Assembly (NCBI GenBank): GCA_037190965.1
Contig: JBBCKI010000051.1
Coordinates: forward strand, 1 to 20,898
Direction: 5' to 3'
Origin: Chthoniobacteraceae bacterium
Lineage (GTDB): Bacteria; Verrucomicrobiota; Verrucomicrobiia; Chthoniobacterales; Chthoniobacteraceae
Length of the DNA: 20,898 nt
Shown: positions 1 through 9,524 of the stretch, piece after piece
Position numbering within the stretch: the stretch's first letter is position 1
How the letters are laid out: each line of letters begins with the position of its first letter
The notes under the pieces: generated by a model
What the model was told of the DNA's origin: nothing
Database searches by the model: none
The model's input: the letters and a program-made list of their open reading frames with translations, nothing else
Made by a program: the position numbers and the translations under genes

Positions 1-2
1 CC

Positions 3-1490
3 GATAATTGGCGCGTCTGCGAGTGCCCGGCCTGCACCCAACCGTACAAGCTGCCCGACGGCACGACGATTGCGCCCGACGATCCCGCCTTCCGCTCAGC
101 CTCCTTCTTCGACTTTACCAACAGGGCGGCGATGATGCTCAAGAACGAGTTCCCGGGCCAGAACAAGGAGATGCTGGCCCTTGCGTATGTCTGGAGCAAT
201 CCTGCGCCCAAGATCAAGCTGTCGGATAACCTCGTGGTGTATTTTGCCCCGTTTGTGCGCGACCAGCGCCAGCCGATCTTCCACCCAGTCAATGCCCAGT
301 GGCACAAGAGCATCGAGCAGTGGATGCAGCAGCACAAGAACATCGAGATCTTTGAGTACTACTTCAGCACGAAGCTGCCGTGGTTCTATTACCCGGCCAG
401 CGACGTGATCGCAGAGGATTTGCGCTACTACGCAAAGAACGGCGTGACCGGCGGCATGTACCAGGATGGCCCGGAGATCACCAGCACCGACTCGGATAAG
501 CCACTGGAAAATTCGGCGATCACCGGGGCCGAGTTCTACGATTTGTCGGCGATCGAGTACTGGGTCGTCAGCCGGCTCTATTGGAATCCGAGCCAGGATG
601 TGGAAGCCCTTCGCGATGAATTCTGCCTCCGGGCGTATCGCGAGGCGGCCGCCCCGATGCGCAAGTTCTTCGCGACCATCCGCCAAACGTGGCAGAACGA
701 TCCGGCCCCGTGCTACTATAGCGATGACCCCACAATGGCTGTCCGCCGCTATATCGTGGAGAAGCAGCTCGAGAAGCCGCTGCGCGAGTTGCTGGCGGAG
801 GCTGAAACCACGGCGGTGCACCCGGGCTCGAAGGAACTGGTGCAGCGTGGCCGGCGGCTGTTCGAGAAATGGCTGGAGGCCGAGAAGAAGCTGGGGGTGC
901 GGGTGACGCTGGATGTGCCGTACAGCGCACAACCGGCGTCAGAGGATCTTGATTTCAATTCCGCCCTATGGAAGCAGGCGGCGGTGATCGACGGCTTCAG
1001 GCCCATGGGCAAGCCTGATGAAGCGCCCAAGTCGGTGACGAAGGTTCGCGTCCTGCACGATCGGAAAAACCTCTATCTGGCATTTGAATGCCAGGAGAAG
1101 CCGGAGGTGATCCAAAAAATCAAGGCTCTACCGGCCGGTTCGAGCCTCGATGACTGGAATGCGATGGGAGATGTCTATATCGAGATGTTCTTCGATGGCG
1201 ACCAGAAGGCCGCTGGAAGCTACTACCAACTGGCGTTTGGCGTGAACGGCAACCGGTACGACGGCCAAGGGTATTCCAACACGTGGTCCAAGCCTTGGTT
1301 GGTGAAAATGGCGGTGGACGACAATGCGTGGCGGGCCGTGATGATGCTGCCGCTGGAAAGCATCGGCGTGGATATCACCCTGAACCAGCAGATTGGCGCG
1401 ATGCTGCTGCGCGGTGACGGCACGAGCTGGCAGGGCGGTAACGTCCATCAGCCTGCCGGTTTCCAGACGTTGCGCCTGAAACTGGATTAA
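3..1490 (+). CDS. DUF4838-like protein with C-terminal CBM9/DOMON-like sugar-binding domain (5'-truncated by window edge)
   Basis: The frame is open from position 3 (DNWRVCECPAC...), so ATG 132 is internal. The D-x4-C-x-C-x2-C motif, LAY, and SRLYWNPSQDVEALRDEFC...Y fit DUF4838-type proteins. The C-terminal TKVRVLHDRKNLYLAFECQE...IEMFFD...YYQLAFGVNG...WRAVMMLPL is CBM9-like. Confidence 0.75.
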   Translation, partial: DNWRVCECPACTQPYKLPDGTTIAPDDPAFRSASFFDFTNRAAMMLKNEFPGQNKEMLALAYVWSNPAPKIKLSDNLVVYFAPFVRDQRQPIFHPVNAQWHKSIEQWMQQHKNIEIFEYYFSTKLPWFYYPASDVIAEDLRYYAKNGVTGGMYQDGPEITSTDSDKPLENSAITGAEFYDLSAIEYWVVSRLYWNPSQDVEALRDEFCLRAYREAAAPMRKFFATIRQTWQNDPAPCYYSDDPTMAVRRYIVEKQLEKPLRELLAEAETTAVHPGSKELVQRGRRLFEKWLEAEKKLGVRVTLDVPYSAQPASEDLDFNSALWKQAAVIDGFRPMGKPDEAPKSVTKVRVLHDRKNLYLAFECQEKPEVIQKIKALPAGSSLDDWNAMGDVYIEMFFDGDQKAAGSYYQLAFGVNGNRYDGQGYSNTWSKPWLVKMAVDDNAWRAVMMLPLESIGVDITLNQQIGAMLLRGDGTSWQGGNVHQPAGFQTLRLKLD

Positions 1491-1553
1491 TAACTACGTT
1501 TCATCATGACTTTTGGTAGAAGCCTTTCGGAGCAGAGAGGCTCTGTCGCCATG

Positions 1554-1654
1554 ATTTCCACCACCCCTGTCGGGGCGGAAATGGTTTTGATTGGTATTCC
1601 GGGGGTTCCGCTGCGCTTCACCGCCCGGCTAATTTCCACCAGCCCTCCGGGCTG
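1554..1654. repeat. REP-like palindromic cluster
   Basis: Three stacked hairpins: atttcc..cccc-tgtc-gggg..ggaaat (1554-1582), ccggg...cccgg (1599-1628) and cagccc-tcc-gggctg (1640-1654). The direct repeat atttccacca occurs at 1554 and 1632. Confidence 0.55.
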
Positions 1655-1665
1655 AAGGTTCGTTG

Positions 1666-1820
1666 CCTCGTTCCCAAACTTTCTGTTTGGGAATGCCCTT
1701 GTCTTCGAAACTCCAGTTTCGGAACCCTTGTCCGTTCCGGCACCCTGCACGAGATAACAAGGCTTTCGAATCAGAGATTCGGGGACAAGGGCATTACCAA
1801 TCTGGAGATTGGTAACGAGG
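1666..1820. repeat. 155-bp palindromic MITE/REP-like element, copy 1
   Basis: Ungapped match to 12636-12790 with 13 mismatches counted by hand. Terminal inverted repeat cctcgtt...aacgagg and four internal hairpins. Confidence 0.9.
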
Positions 1821-1852
1821 AAATTTAACCTAACGCAGCAATACTAAACGGC

Positions 1853-2170
1853 TCAATTCAACCGTTGAGCCCGGCTCTCGCAGGCGAGTTCCGGTCCGGG
1901 AAGGGCTGCCTCGTCGGAGGACGCCAATTTTTCGCGGTAGCGAGGGGTTGCCCTGATCCTTGCCAGGAGTTTTGCTTTCGTCTCAGGCAGGGGCGGCTTC
2001 GGGGTCAGGCTGAGGGCGAAGACCGCGTTTAGTTTGCGGCATTCGGCAATGAACTCCTCGGCGCGGCTGCCGAAAAGCCGTTTCCCGGTGTGGAACTCCT
2101 CCAGTTCATCCTCGTCGAGCGCCCCTACCACGAAGAGCCTCGCAAGGTGTTGAAAATCCTCATAGTTCAT
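1853..2170 (-). CDS. Hypothetical protein resembling an anti-sigma factor N-terminal domain (RskA/ChrR-N-like)
   Basis: 105 aa with ATG start. The pattern LARLFVVGALDEDELEEF...ALSLTPKPPLPETKAKLLARI resembles anti-sigma N-termini (YALGAL..EE...F...P..PP..L+.RLL..I). No HxxxCxxC motif and no TM segment. Confidence 0.6.
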   Translation of the reverse strand: MNYEDFQHLARLFVVGALDEDELEEFHTGKRLFGSRAEEFIAECRKLNAVFALSLTPKPPLPETKAKLLARIRATPRYREKLASSDEAALPGPELACESRAQRLN

Positions 2171-2256
2171 GACAGGTAGTTCCGAATAGGAGCAGGTTGC
2201 ATTCCCCTAGTTCACAATCGTGCAAAATTCTCATTTCGCGTGGGCGGGGATTACAA

Positions 2257-2286
2257 TTGACCAATAAATTTATAGTTCGCTACGTT
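2257..2286 (+). promoter_or_regulatory. Putative sigma70-type promoter for the DHS-like gene
   Basis: TTGACC (2257-2262), an 18-nt AT-rich spacer, then TACGTT (2281-2286), ending 8 nt before ATG 2295. Confidence 0.4.
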
Positions 2287-2294
2287 TCGCCCCC

Positions 2295-3464
2295 ATGAGT
2301 CTCTTGAATAAAAAGTTCCCGCGCCTGCTGCCGACGCCTATCAAAAAGAATATGCGTGTCGCAGATTTGATCGACACCGCATTCAAGGCCTACAATGGGG
2401 GCCGGCTTGCCGAGGCTTGCCGTCTTTTCACTGAGAAAATGCTGCCAAAAGACGGGACGGTGGGGCTTTCCCTGACCGGTGCGCTGACTCCCGCCGGATT
2501 GGGAAAAGCGGCGATCATCCCGCTCATGAAGGCCGGATTTGTTGACTGGATCATTTCCACGGGGGCAAATCTCTATCACGACCTCCACTATGGGCTCGGA
2601 ATGGAACTTTTTGCCGGGTCGCCGTTTCTCGACGACATCAAGCTGCGCGAAGAAGGGATCATTCGCATTTACGACGTTCTTTTCGATTATGACGTTCTCC
2701 TCGATACGGACGCCTTTGTCCGACAGGTGATTCAGGGGCCGGAGTTTCAGAAGACCATGGGGAGCGACGAGTTCCACTACCTTCTGGGCAAGTATGTTTA
2801 TGAGCGCGAGAAGAAGCTCGGCATCAAGGAAACGAGCGTGTTGAGCGCGGCTTACCAATATGGAGTGCCGATCTTCACCAGTTCCCCGGGGGATTCGTCG
2901 ATCGGCATGAACGTCGCGGCGATGTCGTTGCGGGGCTCTCAGCTTCAGTTCGACGTGAACCGCGACGTCAACCAGACAGCGGCGATCGTTTACAACGCGA
3001 AGAAGAGCAAGCTGACCTCCAGCGTTTTCATCCTTGGCGGCGGGTCGCCCAAGAATTTCATGCTCCAGACGGAGCCGCAGATTCAGGAAGTGATGGGGAT
3101 CGAGGAACGCGGGCATGATTACTTCCTGCAATGCACCGATGCGCGCCCCGACACGGGCGGCCTCTCCGGGGCGACTCCGGCGGAAGCGGTGAGTTGGGGC
3201 AAAGTGGACCCCGAGACGCTCCCGGACTGCGTGGTTTGCTACACGGACTCCACCATCTCGCTGCCATTGATCACGGCTTACGCTCTTTCCAAGACGGAGC
3301 CCCGCAAGCGCAAGCGGCTCTACGATCAGCGCGACAAGATGCTCGACGCCATCAAGGCGCAGTATTTCAAGAGCGGGCAGGTGGAAAAGATCGAGCACCG
3401 CACCGATCTGAACAAGACCAAGGCCAAAGCGACGGCGAAGGTAAAAAAGCACCCTCGGAAGTAG
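2295..3464 (+). CDS. speY: Deoxyhypusine synthase-like protein (probable homospermidine synthase)
   Basis: DHS-family motifs [35 protein letters not shown] and [18 protein letters not shown], the last including the catalytic Lys position. Confidence 0.88.
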   Translation: MSLLNKKFPRLLPTPIKKNMRVADLIDTAFKAYNGGRLAEACRLFTEKMLPKDGTVGLSLTGALTPAGLGKAAIIPLMKAGFVDWIISTGANLYHDLHYGLGMELFAGSPFLDDIKLREEGIIRIYDVLFDYDVLLDTDAFVRQVIQGPEFQKTMGSDEFHYLLGKYVYEREKKLGIKETSVLSAAYQYGVPIFTSSPGDSSIGMNVAAMSLRGSQLQFDVNRDVNQTAAIVYNAKKSKLTSSVFILGGGSPKNFMLQTEPQIQEVMGIEERGHDYFLQCTDARPDTGGLSGATPAEAVSWGKVDPETLPDCVVCYTDSTISLPLITAYALSKTEPRKRKRLYDQRDKMLDAIKAQYFKSGQVEKIEHRTDLNKTKAKATAKVKKHPRK

Positions 3465-5630
<2,166 letters not shown>

Positions 5631-5806
5631 ACCTCGATTCTCCCGACCGAGCGTGGTTTTGCAACGTGAATTCTCGCGGCACAGGCCGCCCTCCCTTCGC
5701 TGCCGGTTTCTGGTTTCCTCATTCCGGTTTTACGAAGGGGGGCAAAGACCCACTCAAATGGGGGTGAAAACCGAATTCCCATTGAAACCCTTGGAAAAAA
5801 TTCGAT

Positions 5807-6319
5807 ATGTCTAAAGCAAGACTGGCGGTATATGGGCTGGCTGCCCTTTTGGTTGCAGCCGGAGAACTCACAGCGGCGCAGACGGGAGGAAAGCGCGTGG
5901 TGATCGACAAGACCAATCAAACCCTCCGCGCCTATGAAGGTGGCGCGCTGGTTTTCCAGAGCCGTGTCAGCACGGGCCGACCGGGAAGAGAAACGCCCTG
6001 CGGGAGCTTCAGCGCGAAGTCGAAGAGCCGAATGCACTATTCCACTCTCTACGACAACGCACCGATGCCGTATAGCGTTCAGATCAGCGGCAACTACTTC
6101 ATCCACGGCTTCAGTTCCGTCCCTAACTACCCAGCTTCGCATGGTTGCATTCGCATGCCAGTCGGCAAAGCTTCAGCCTTCTATAACTGGGTCGAACCCG
6201 GCACTCCGGTCAGCGTCACCGGACACTGGTCCGGAGCAAAGCGCAAACAGCAACTGGCGCGCAAACAGCGGGTGATGCCTACCAGCGGCTTTGGGCGGCT
6301 TTTAACTTCCTCCCGGTAA
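5807..6319 (+). CDS. L,D-transpeptidase (YkuD family), exported
   Basis: Signal peptide, then VVIDKTNQTLRAYE, VSTGRPGRETPCG, MPYS and the catalytic motif FIHG...ASHGCIRM. Confidence 0.92.
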   Translation: MSKARLAVYGLAALLVAAGELTAAQTGGKRVVIDKTNQTLRAYEGGALVFQSRVSTGRPGRETPCGSFSAKSKSRMHYSTLYDNAPMPYSVQISGNYFIHGFSSVPNYPASHGCIRMPVGKASAFYNWVEPGTPVSVTGHWSGAKRKQQLARKQRVMPTSGFGRLLTSSR

Positions 6320-6332
6320 TGACGGTTTTTGC

Positions 6333-6399
6333 CTGAATTCCGATGTTGGCGCGGACGAACTGGCAGAGCCAGATCGCCGCGATCAACATCGGAATTCAG
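6333..6399. other. Long 67-nt stem-loop
   Basis: Perfect 16-bp inverted repeat ctgaattccgatgttg/caacatcggaattcag, with inner pairs cgcgg/ccgcg, cga/tcg and ctggc/gccag. Confidence 0.75.
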
Positions 6400-6404
6400 T
6401 TTTG

Positions 6405-6433
6405 AGGGCCGGGATTCCCCCGGTCCTGCTTTT
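6405..6433 (+). terminator. Putative intrinsic terminator downstream of the L,D-transpeptidase gene
   Basis: 9-bp stem agggccggg/cccggtcct (one G-U pair) with a 5-nt loop, followed by gctttt. Confidence 0.45.
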
Positions 6434-6730
6434 GCAGGTTTAGGTGTGACTGAAAGCGTGTGTGACTAGTCACCCTTAACGCCGCATCAAACGCTTCGGC
6501 ATTCGTCGCCGCGTCTATTCGCTTCGCCTTGGGAGATCATTTCCGATAATCCGGGATCCGCATCCCGGGTGGAAATCTTGCGTATCCTGCCCGGGCCGTC
6601 ATCGCGCCCCATTTCCAACCGACTATGTTGGGGACGTTGCCCATCTTTCGGGCTGTCTGTGGTGGGACATTGAACATCCGGGCCAAAGCAGCCTCCGATG
6701 GCGCTTCTAACTTCATCAAAAGATCTCATT

Positions 6731-7147
6731 ATGCACATCTCTCTTGCCAACGGGTCCACATTACCCGTCGACCCAAAGTTCAATCCGATCTGCGGCTTTG
6801 ACCAAAACGGCCTGCCCATCAGCCTCTCCTTCTTGTCAGACAGCCTGAAGGTCGCGGTGAGCACCGCAACACTTCCGACCGGAGCCGCGACGGAGACGAC
6901 CCTCGCCGATTACCGAACAAAGTCTTTTGGCCTCAATGGCGGGAAGTATGTCAGCGGCACCTCGGCAAATACAGGCGAGACCTGGGTGGCGATTCAGGCG
7001 CTTGAAGACACAGTGATCGGGTCGATGACGGCCACCAATCTAACAGGCACGTTATCGGCGATTCCATTACCCGCCGGGACAGTGATCTACGGCATCATCA
7101 CCGCGTTCACCCTCACCAGTGGCAAGGTCATTGCTTACAACGCATGA
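6731..7147 (+). CDS. Hypothetical phage-like protein, Thr/Gly-rich, probably beta-rich structural
   Basis: 138 aa from ATG 6731 (alternative in-frame ATG 6698). Contains LPTGAATETTL and a C-terminal LPAGTVIYG..TAFTLTSGKVIAY, reminiscent of small phage virion proteins (pattern recall). Its stop overlaps the next ATG. Confidence 0.6.
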   Translation: MHISLANGSTLPVDPKFNPICGFDQNGLPISLSFLSDSLKVAVSTATLPTGAATETTLADYRTKSFGLNGGKYVSGTSANTGETWVAIQALEDTVIGSMTATNLTGTLSAIPLPAGTVIYGIITAFTLTSGKVIAYNA

Positions 7148-7935
7148 TCAGCATTGGCATGGGTTTAATGCGGGGTGGATGTGCGCAGACGCAGGCTCGA
7201 CGTGACCTGACCGCGCACGTCGCCAGGATGGCTGCGCGCGGCAAAACCCTGACATCGACGGCGAAGTTGGAACTGCTGGCATTTGCGACCCAACTTTACA
7301 AGAACTATGGACGCATCGATTTCTTCCCGTGCCGTTTGATCCATAATGTAGGATCAGGAAGTTCCCTTCTGTCATTCCAAGGGGTTATCGGCACGTTCAC
7401 AAACGTCCCTTTTTGGCACTCGAACGGAATCTTCTTTTCGGGAGGCGGTAGTTACATCGCACTACCGACGAACTTTCCAAACGATATTCTCTCGGGCTTC
7501 GCCGTTTTCAGGACGGGCAGGACCGACACTACGGGATATGATTTCCCCCTCATTATTGAAGGCGCAACGGGAGGGACGCAGTTTATCCAGCATCAATATA
7601 CGCAGATTCCGGGGTCTGCGGCATCGCGAATGATCGTCACCCGGGGCGGTGTCCTGACTTTCATCTCATCGAACACCACGTTCAAAAACAATGAGTGGCT
7701 ATCAAGCGCGATCCGGGTCGGTACCGCCGATGGAACGATCTGGGAAAATGGTGTCCTGGCTAGAAACGTGACGGGGTTGAGCGCTCGCAACCCGTCGGGA
7801 ACCGTTACGAAACGTCAACTTGGCAACATCCTGGACGGCTATCTGAGCCTTTACGTCTACTCGACCATAGCTCAGGACTTGTCCGGCATCCATGCCATCG
7901 CCAGGGACACAATCAGCCAGGGACAACTGACATGA
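7144..7935 (+). CDS. Phage-like protein with LamG/concanavalin A-like lectin domain
   Basis: 263 aa. GIFFSGGGSYIALP and NNEWLSSAIRV..ADGTIWENGVL match LamG-like beta-sandwich patterns. The N-terminal MISIGMGL is typical of phage fibre/decoration proteins. Confidence 0.55.
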   Translation: MISIGMGLMRGGCAQTQARRDLTAHVARMAARGKTLTSTAKLELLAFATQLYKNYGRIDFFPCRLIHNVGSGSSLLSFQGVIGTFTNVPFWHSNGIFFSGGGSYIALPTNFPNDILSGFAVFRTGRTDTTGYDFPLIIEGATGGTQFIQHQYTQIPGSAASRMIVTRGGVLTFISSNTTFKNNEWLSSAIRVGTADGTIWENGVLARNVTGLSARNPSGTVTKRQLGNILDGYLSLYVYSTIAQDLSGIHAIARDTISQGQLT

Positions 7936-8312
7936 ACTGGATTACAACGCCTGTTATCTTCTCTTCGGAGCACGTGGGAGCCACAGACGCGGGTGCTCGG
8001 CTAAAACCTGATTTCCTCCTGCTTCTCCAGGAGTTTTGTTCGGTGGATACGAGCCAGGAAACGCAGTTTCTGGACGGCATTCCGGTGGTCCAATCCTATA
8101 CCGAGGCGAATCCCGTCGTGAGCGTGATCGCTGGAGACAATGAACCGCTTACCCGATTCCAAACAGCATGCCTTTCCGACGGCTCACAAACTCTTGAGCC
8201 GGTGGAGGAAGGGTATGCGATCCTCTACGTGAGTTGGCCCCAGCACTTCATTGAGGCAATCAGTTCGCCTGAATCCAAACCTGAATGGTTGAAAGGAGTC
8301 CGGATCCCATGA
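7932..8312 (+). CDS. Hypothetical acidic protein (phage cassette)
   Basis: 126 aa, ATGA-coupled at both ends, with no recognisable motif. Confidence 0.6.
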   Translation: MNWITTPVIFSSEHVGATDAGARLKPDFLLLLQEFCSVDTSQETQFLDGIPVVQSYTEANPVVSVIAGDNEPLTRFQTACLSDGSQTLEPVEEGYAILYVSWPQHFIEAISSPESKPEWLKGVRIP

Positions 8313-8521
8313 TCCAGCGCCATCTAGACACCATCAAAGGATTCGGCGGATCGGCAGTCAGCCTCGCGGCCGTAGCGGTCTCTCACGCCACGGTCAACTC
8401 GTGGCTCCAGACCGCGTCGCTAGTCATTGGCATCACCGTCGGACTGGTCACGCTGGCTGACAAGTTTCGGAGTTGGGACTGGCCGGAACACAGAAACGAC
8501 GAGGAGGACGACGATCGATGA
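8309..8521 (+). CDS. Small holin-like membrane protein
   Basis: 70 aa from ATG 8309 (ATGA overlap). Two hydrophobic segments (GGSAVSLAAVAVSHA; LQTASLVIGITVGLVTLA) and a highly charged C-terminus (HRNDEEDDDR). Confidence 0.55.
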   Translation: MIQRHLDTIKGFGGSAVSLAAVAVSHATVNSWLQTASLVIGITVGLVTLADKFRSWDWPEHRNDEEDDDR

Positions 8522-9072
8522 AAAATCTGATAAGTTTCATTCCCGTTCTACTCCTGGCCGGGTGCGCCGGACCGCGCGGAGATGCGCCATCCACCATTGC
8601 GGCCACCCGCTCAATCCAGTCGGCCAACGTGGGCGCGATTCGCGCGCAGGCTTCAGCCCGAAAGGCGCGCGTGGCAATCCGGACCGCCTCGGATGCGGTG
8701 ACAGTGCTTGAAAGGACGGCGACACCGGAGCAAGCGTCGGCGGTGGTGGTGATCAAAGAATCCTTAACCACGGCCCGGCTGCAGGTTGAGGAAGCGGAGA
8801 CACAGCTCATTGCGGTCTCTCACTCGCTCGCCGAGTCCGATGCGCGGCTCACGACGCTGCAACGGGAAACAGACAGGATGGCAGCCGATCTGGTGGTTGC
8901 CCGGAAACGGGTGAGCGCCTACCATCGGCTGAAGTTCTGGCTGGCGCTGGCCGGGGCGGGTTTTGCCTTTTACACCGCCATGCGCCTGATTCCGCCGCTC
9001 GGGCCTTACAAATGGTGGGCCGTGGGCGGGGCCGGTGTAGCTGCATTTGGAATACTCTGGGGGATTCTATGA
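8518..9072 (+). CDS. Lipoprotein with coiled-coil and C-terminal TM segments (unimolecular spanin-like)
   Basis: RBS gaggagg at 8501-8507. MKNLISFIPVLLLAGC lipobox, about 120 aa of Ala-rich helical/heptad sequence, then two C-terminal hydrophobic segments. 184 aa. Confidence 0.65.
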   Translation: MKNLISFIPVLLLAGCAGPRGDAPSTIAATRSIQSANVGAIRAQASARKARVAIRTASDAVTVLERTATPEQASAVVVIKESLTTARLQVEEAETQLIAVSHSLAESDARLTTLQRETDRMAADLVVARKRVSAYHRLKFWLALAGAGFAFYTAMRLIPPLGPYKWWAVGGAGVAAFGILWGIL

Positions 9073-9524
9073 GCAACGCCCCGGACTCCATCGCGGTCAT
9101 CAGCCCTTCGGTGATCTTTTGGGTCATCATTGCCGCTCTGCTCCTCGATCTACTTCCGTGGACGCCCGCGTGGCTAAGGCGGCTGGTTTCATGCTGGCAA
9201 GGACTTGCGGCGGGGGCCGTGGCGCTTGGCATCTATCTCTGGTTGCCAGTCGCCATCCGGCGCATCGATCCGACGGCGGGTGTATTCGATGCCGGGTTTC
9301 TGCAATGGATCGGGTTGGCAACCGTGATCTACTTTGCGGGGATCTTTGTGGGTTGGGCGGGGTGGCAGATTGCCTGGCGCTCGGTGGATCGAGCGGCGGA
9401 TGCCGCGCTGAGCGAGTGGTTTGAGGACTTCGCGCCCCGGCATCGCTGGCTTCTGGCTCAGGGGACGTTTGCGCTGATGCTGGGATACTGGCTGTTTTGC
9501 CTGTGGGCCATTCCGCTCAAATGA
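9069..9524 (+). CDS. Multi-pass membrane protein (holin/antiholin-like or unknown)
   Basis: 151 aa from ATG 9069 (ATGA overlap). About four hydrophobic segments, Trp-rich. Confidence 0.6.
   Translation: MSNAPDSIAVISPSVIFWVIIAALLLDLLPWTPAWLRRLVSCWQGLAAGAVALGIYLWLPVAIRRIDPTAGVFDAGFLQWIGLATVIYFAGIFVGWAGWQIAWRSVDRAADAALSEWFEDFAPRHRWLLAQGTFALMLGYWLFCLWAIPLK

Noticed and set aside
1487..1750. ORFs overlapping repeats (1487-1750, 12505-12810, 18868-19062, 18939-19238, 19264-19446)
   Set aside because: They are translations of palindromic elements with no coding signature.
1554..1820. CRISPR array or integron attC interpretation of the hairpin clusters
   Set aside because: There are no regularly spaced identical repeats with unique spacers, and no cas or integron integrase gene.
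5724..5773. Stem cggtttt/aaaaccg with GGCAAA upstream of the L,D-transpeptidase gene (c-di-GMP riboswitch?)
   Set aside because: It lacks the GEMM two-hairpin consensus and tetraloop/receptor.
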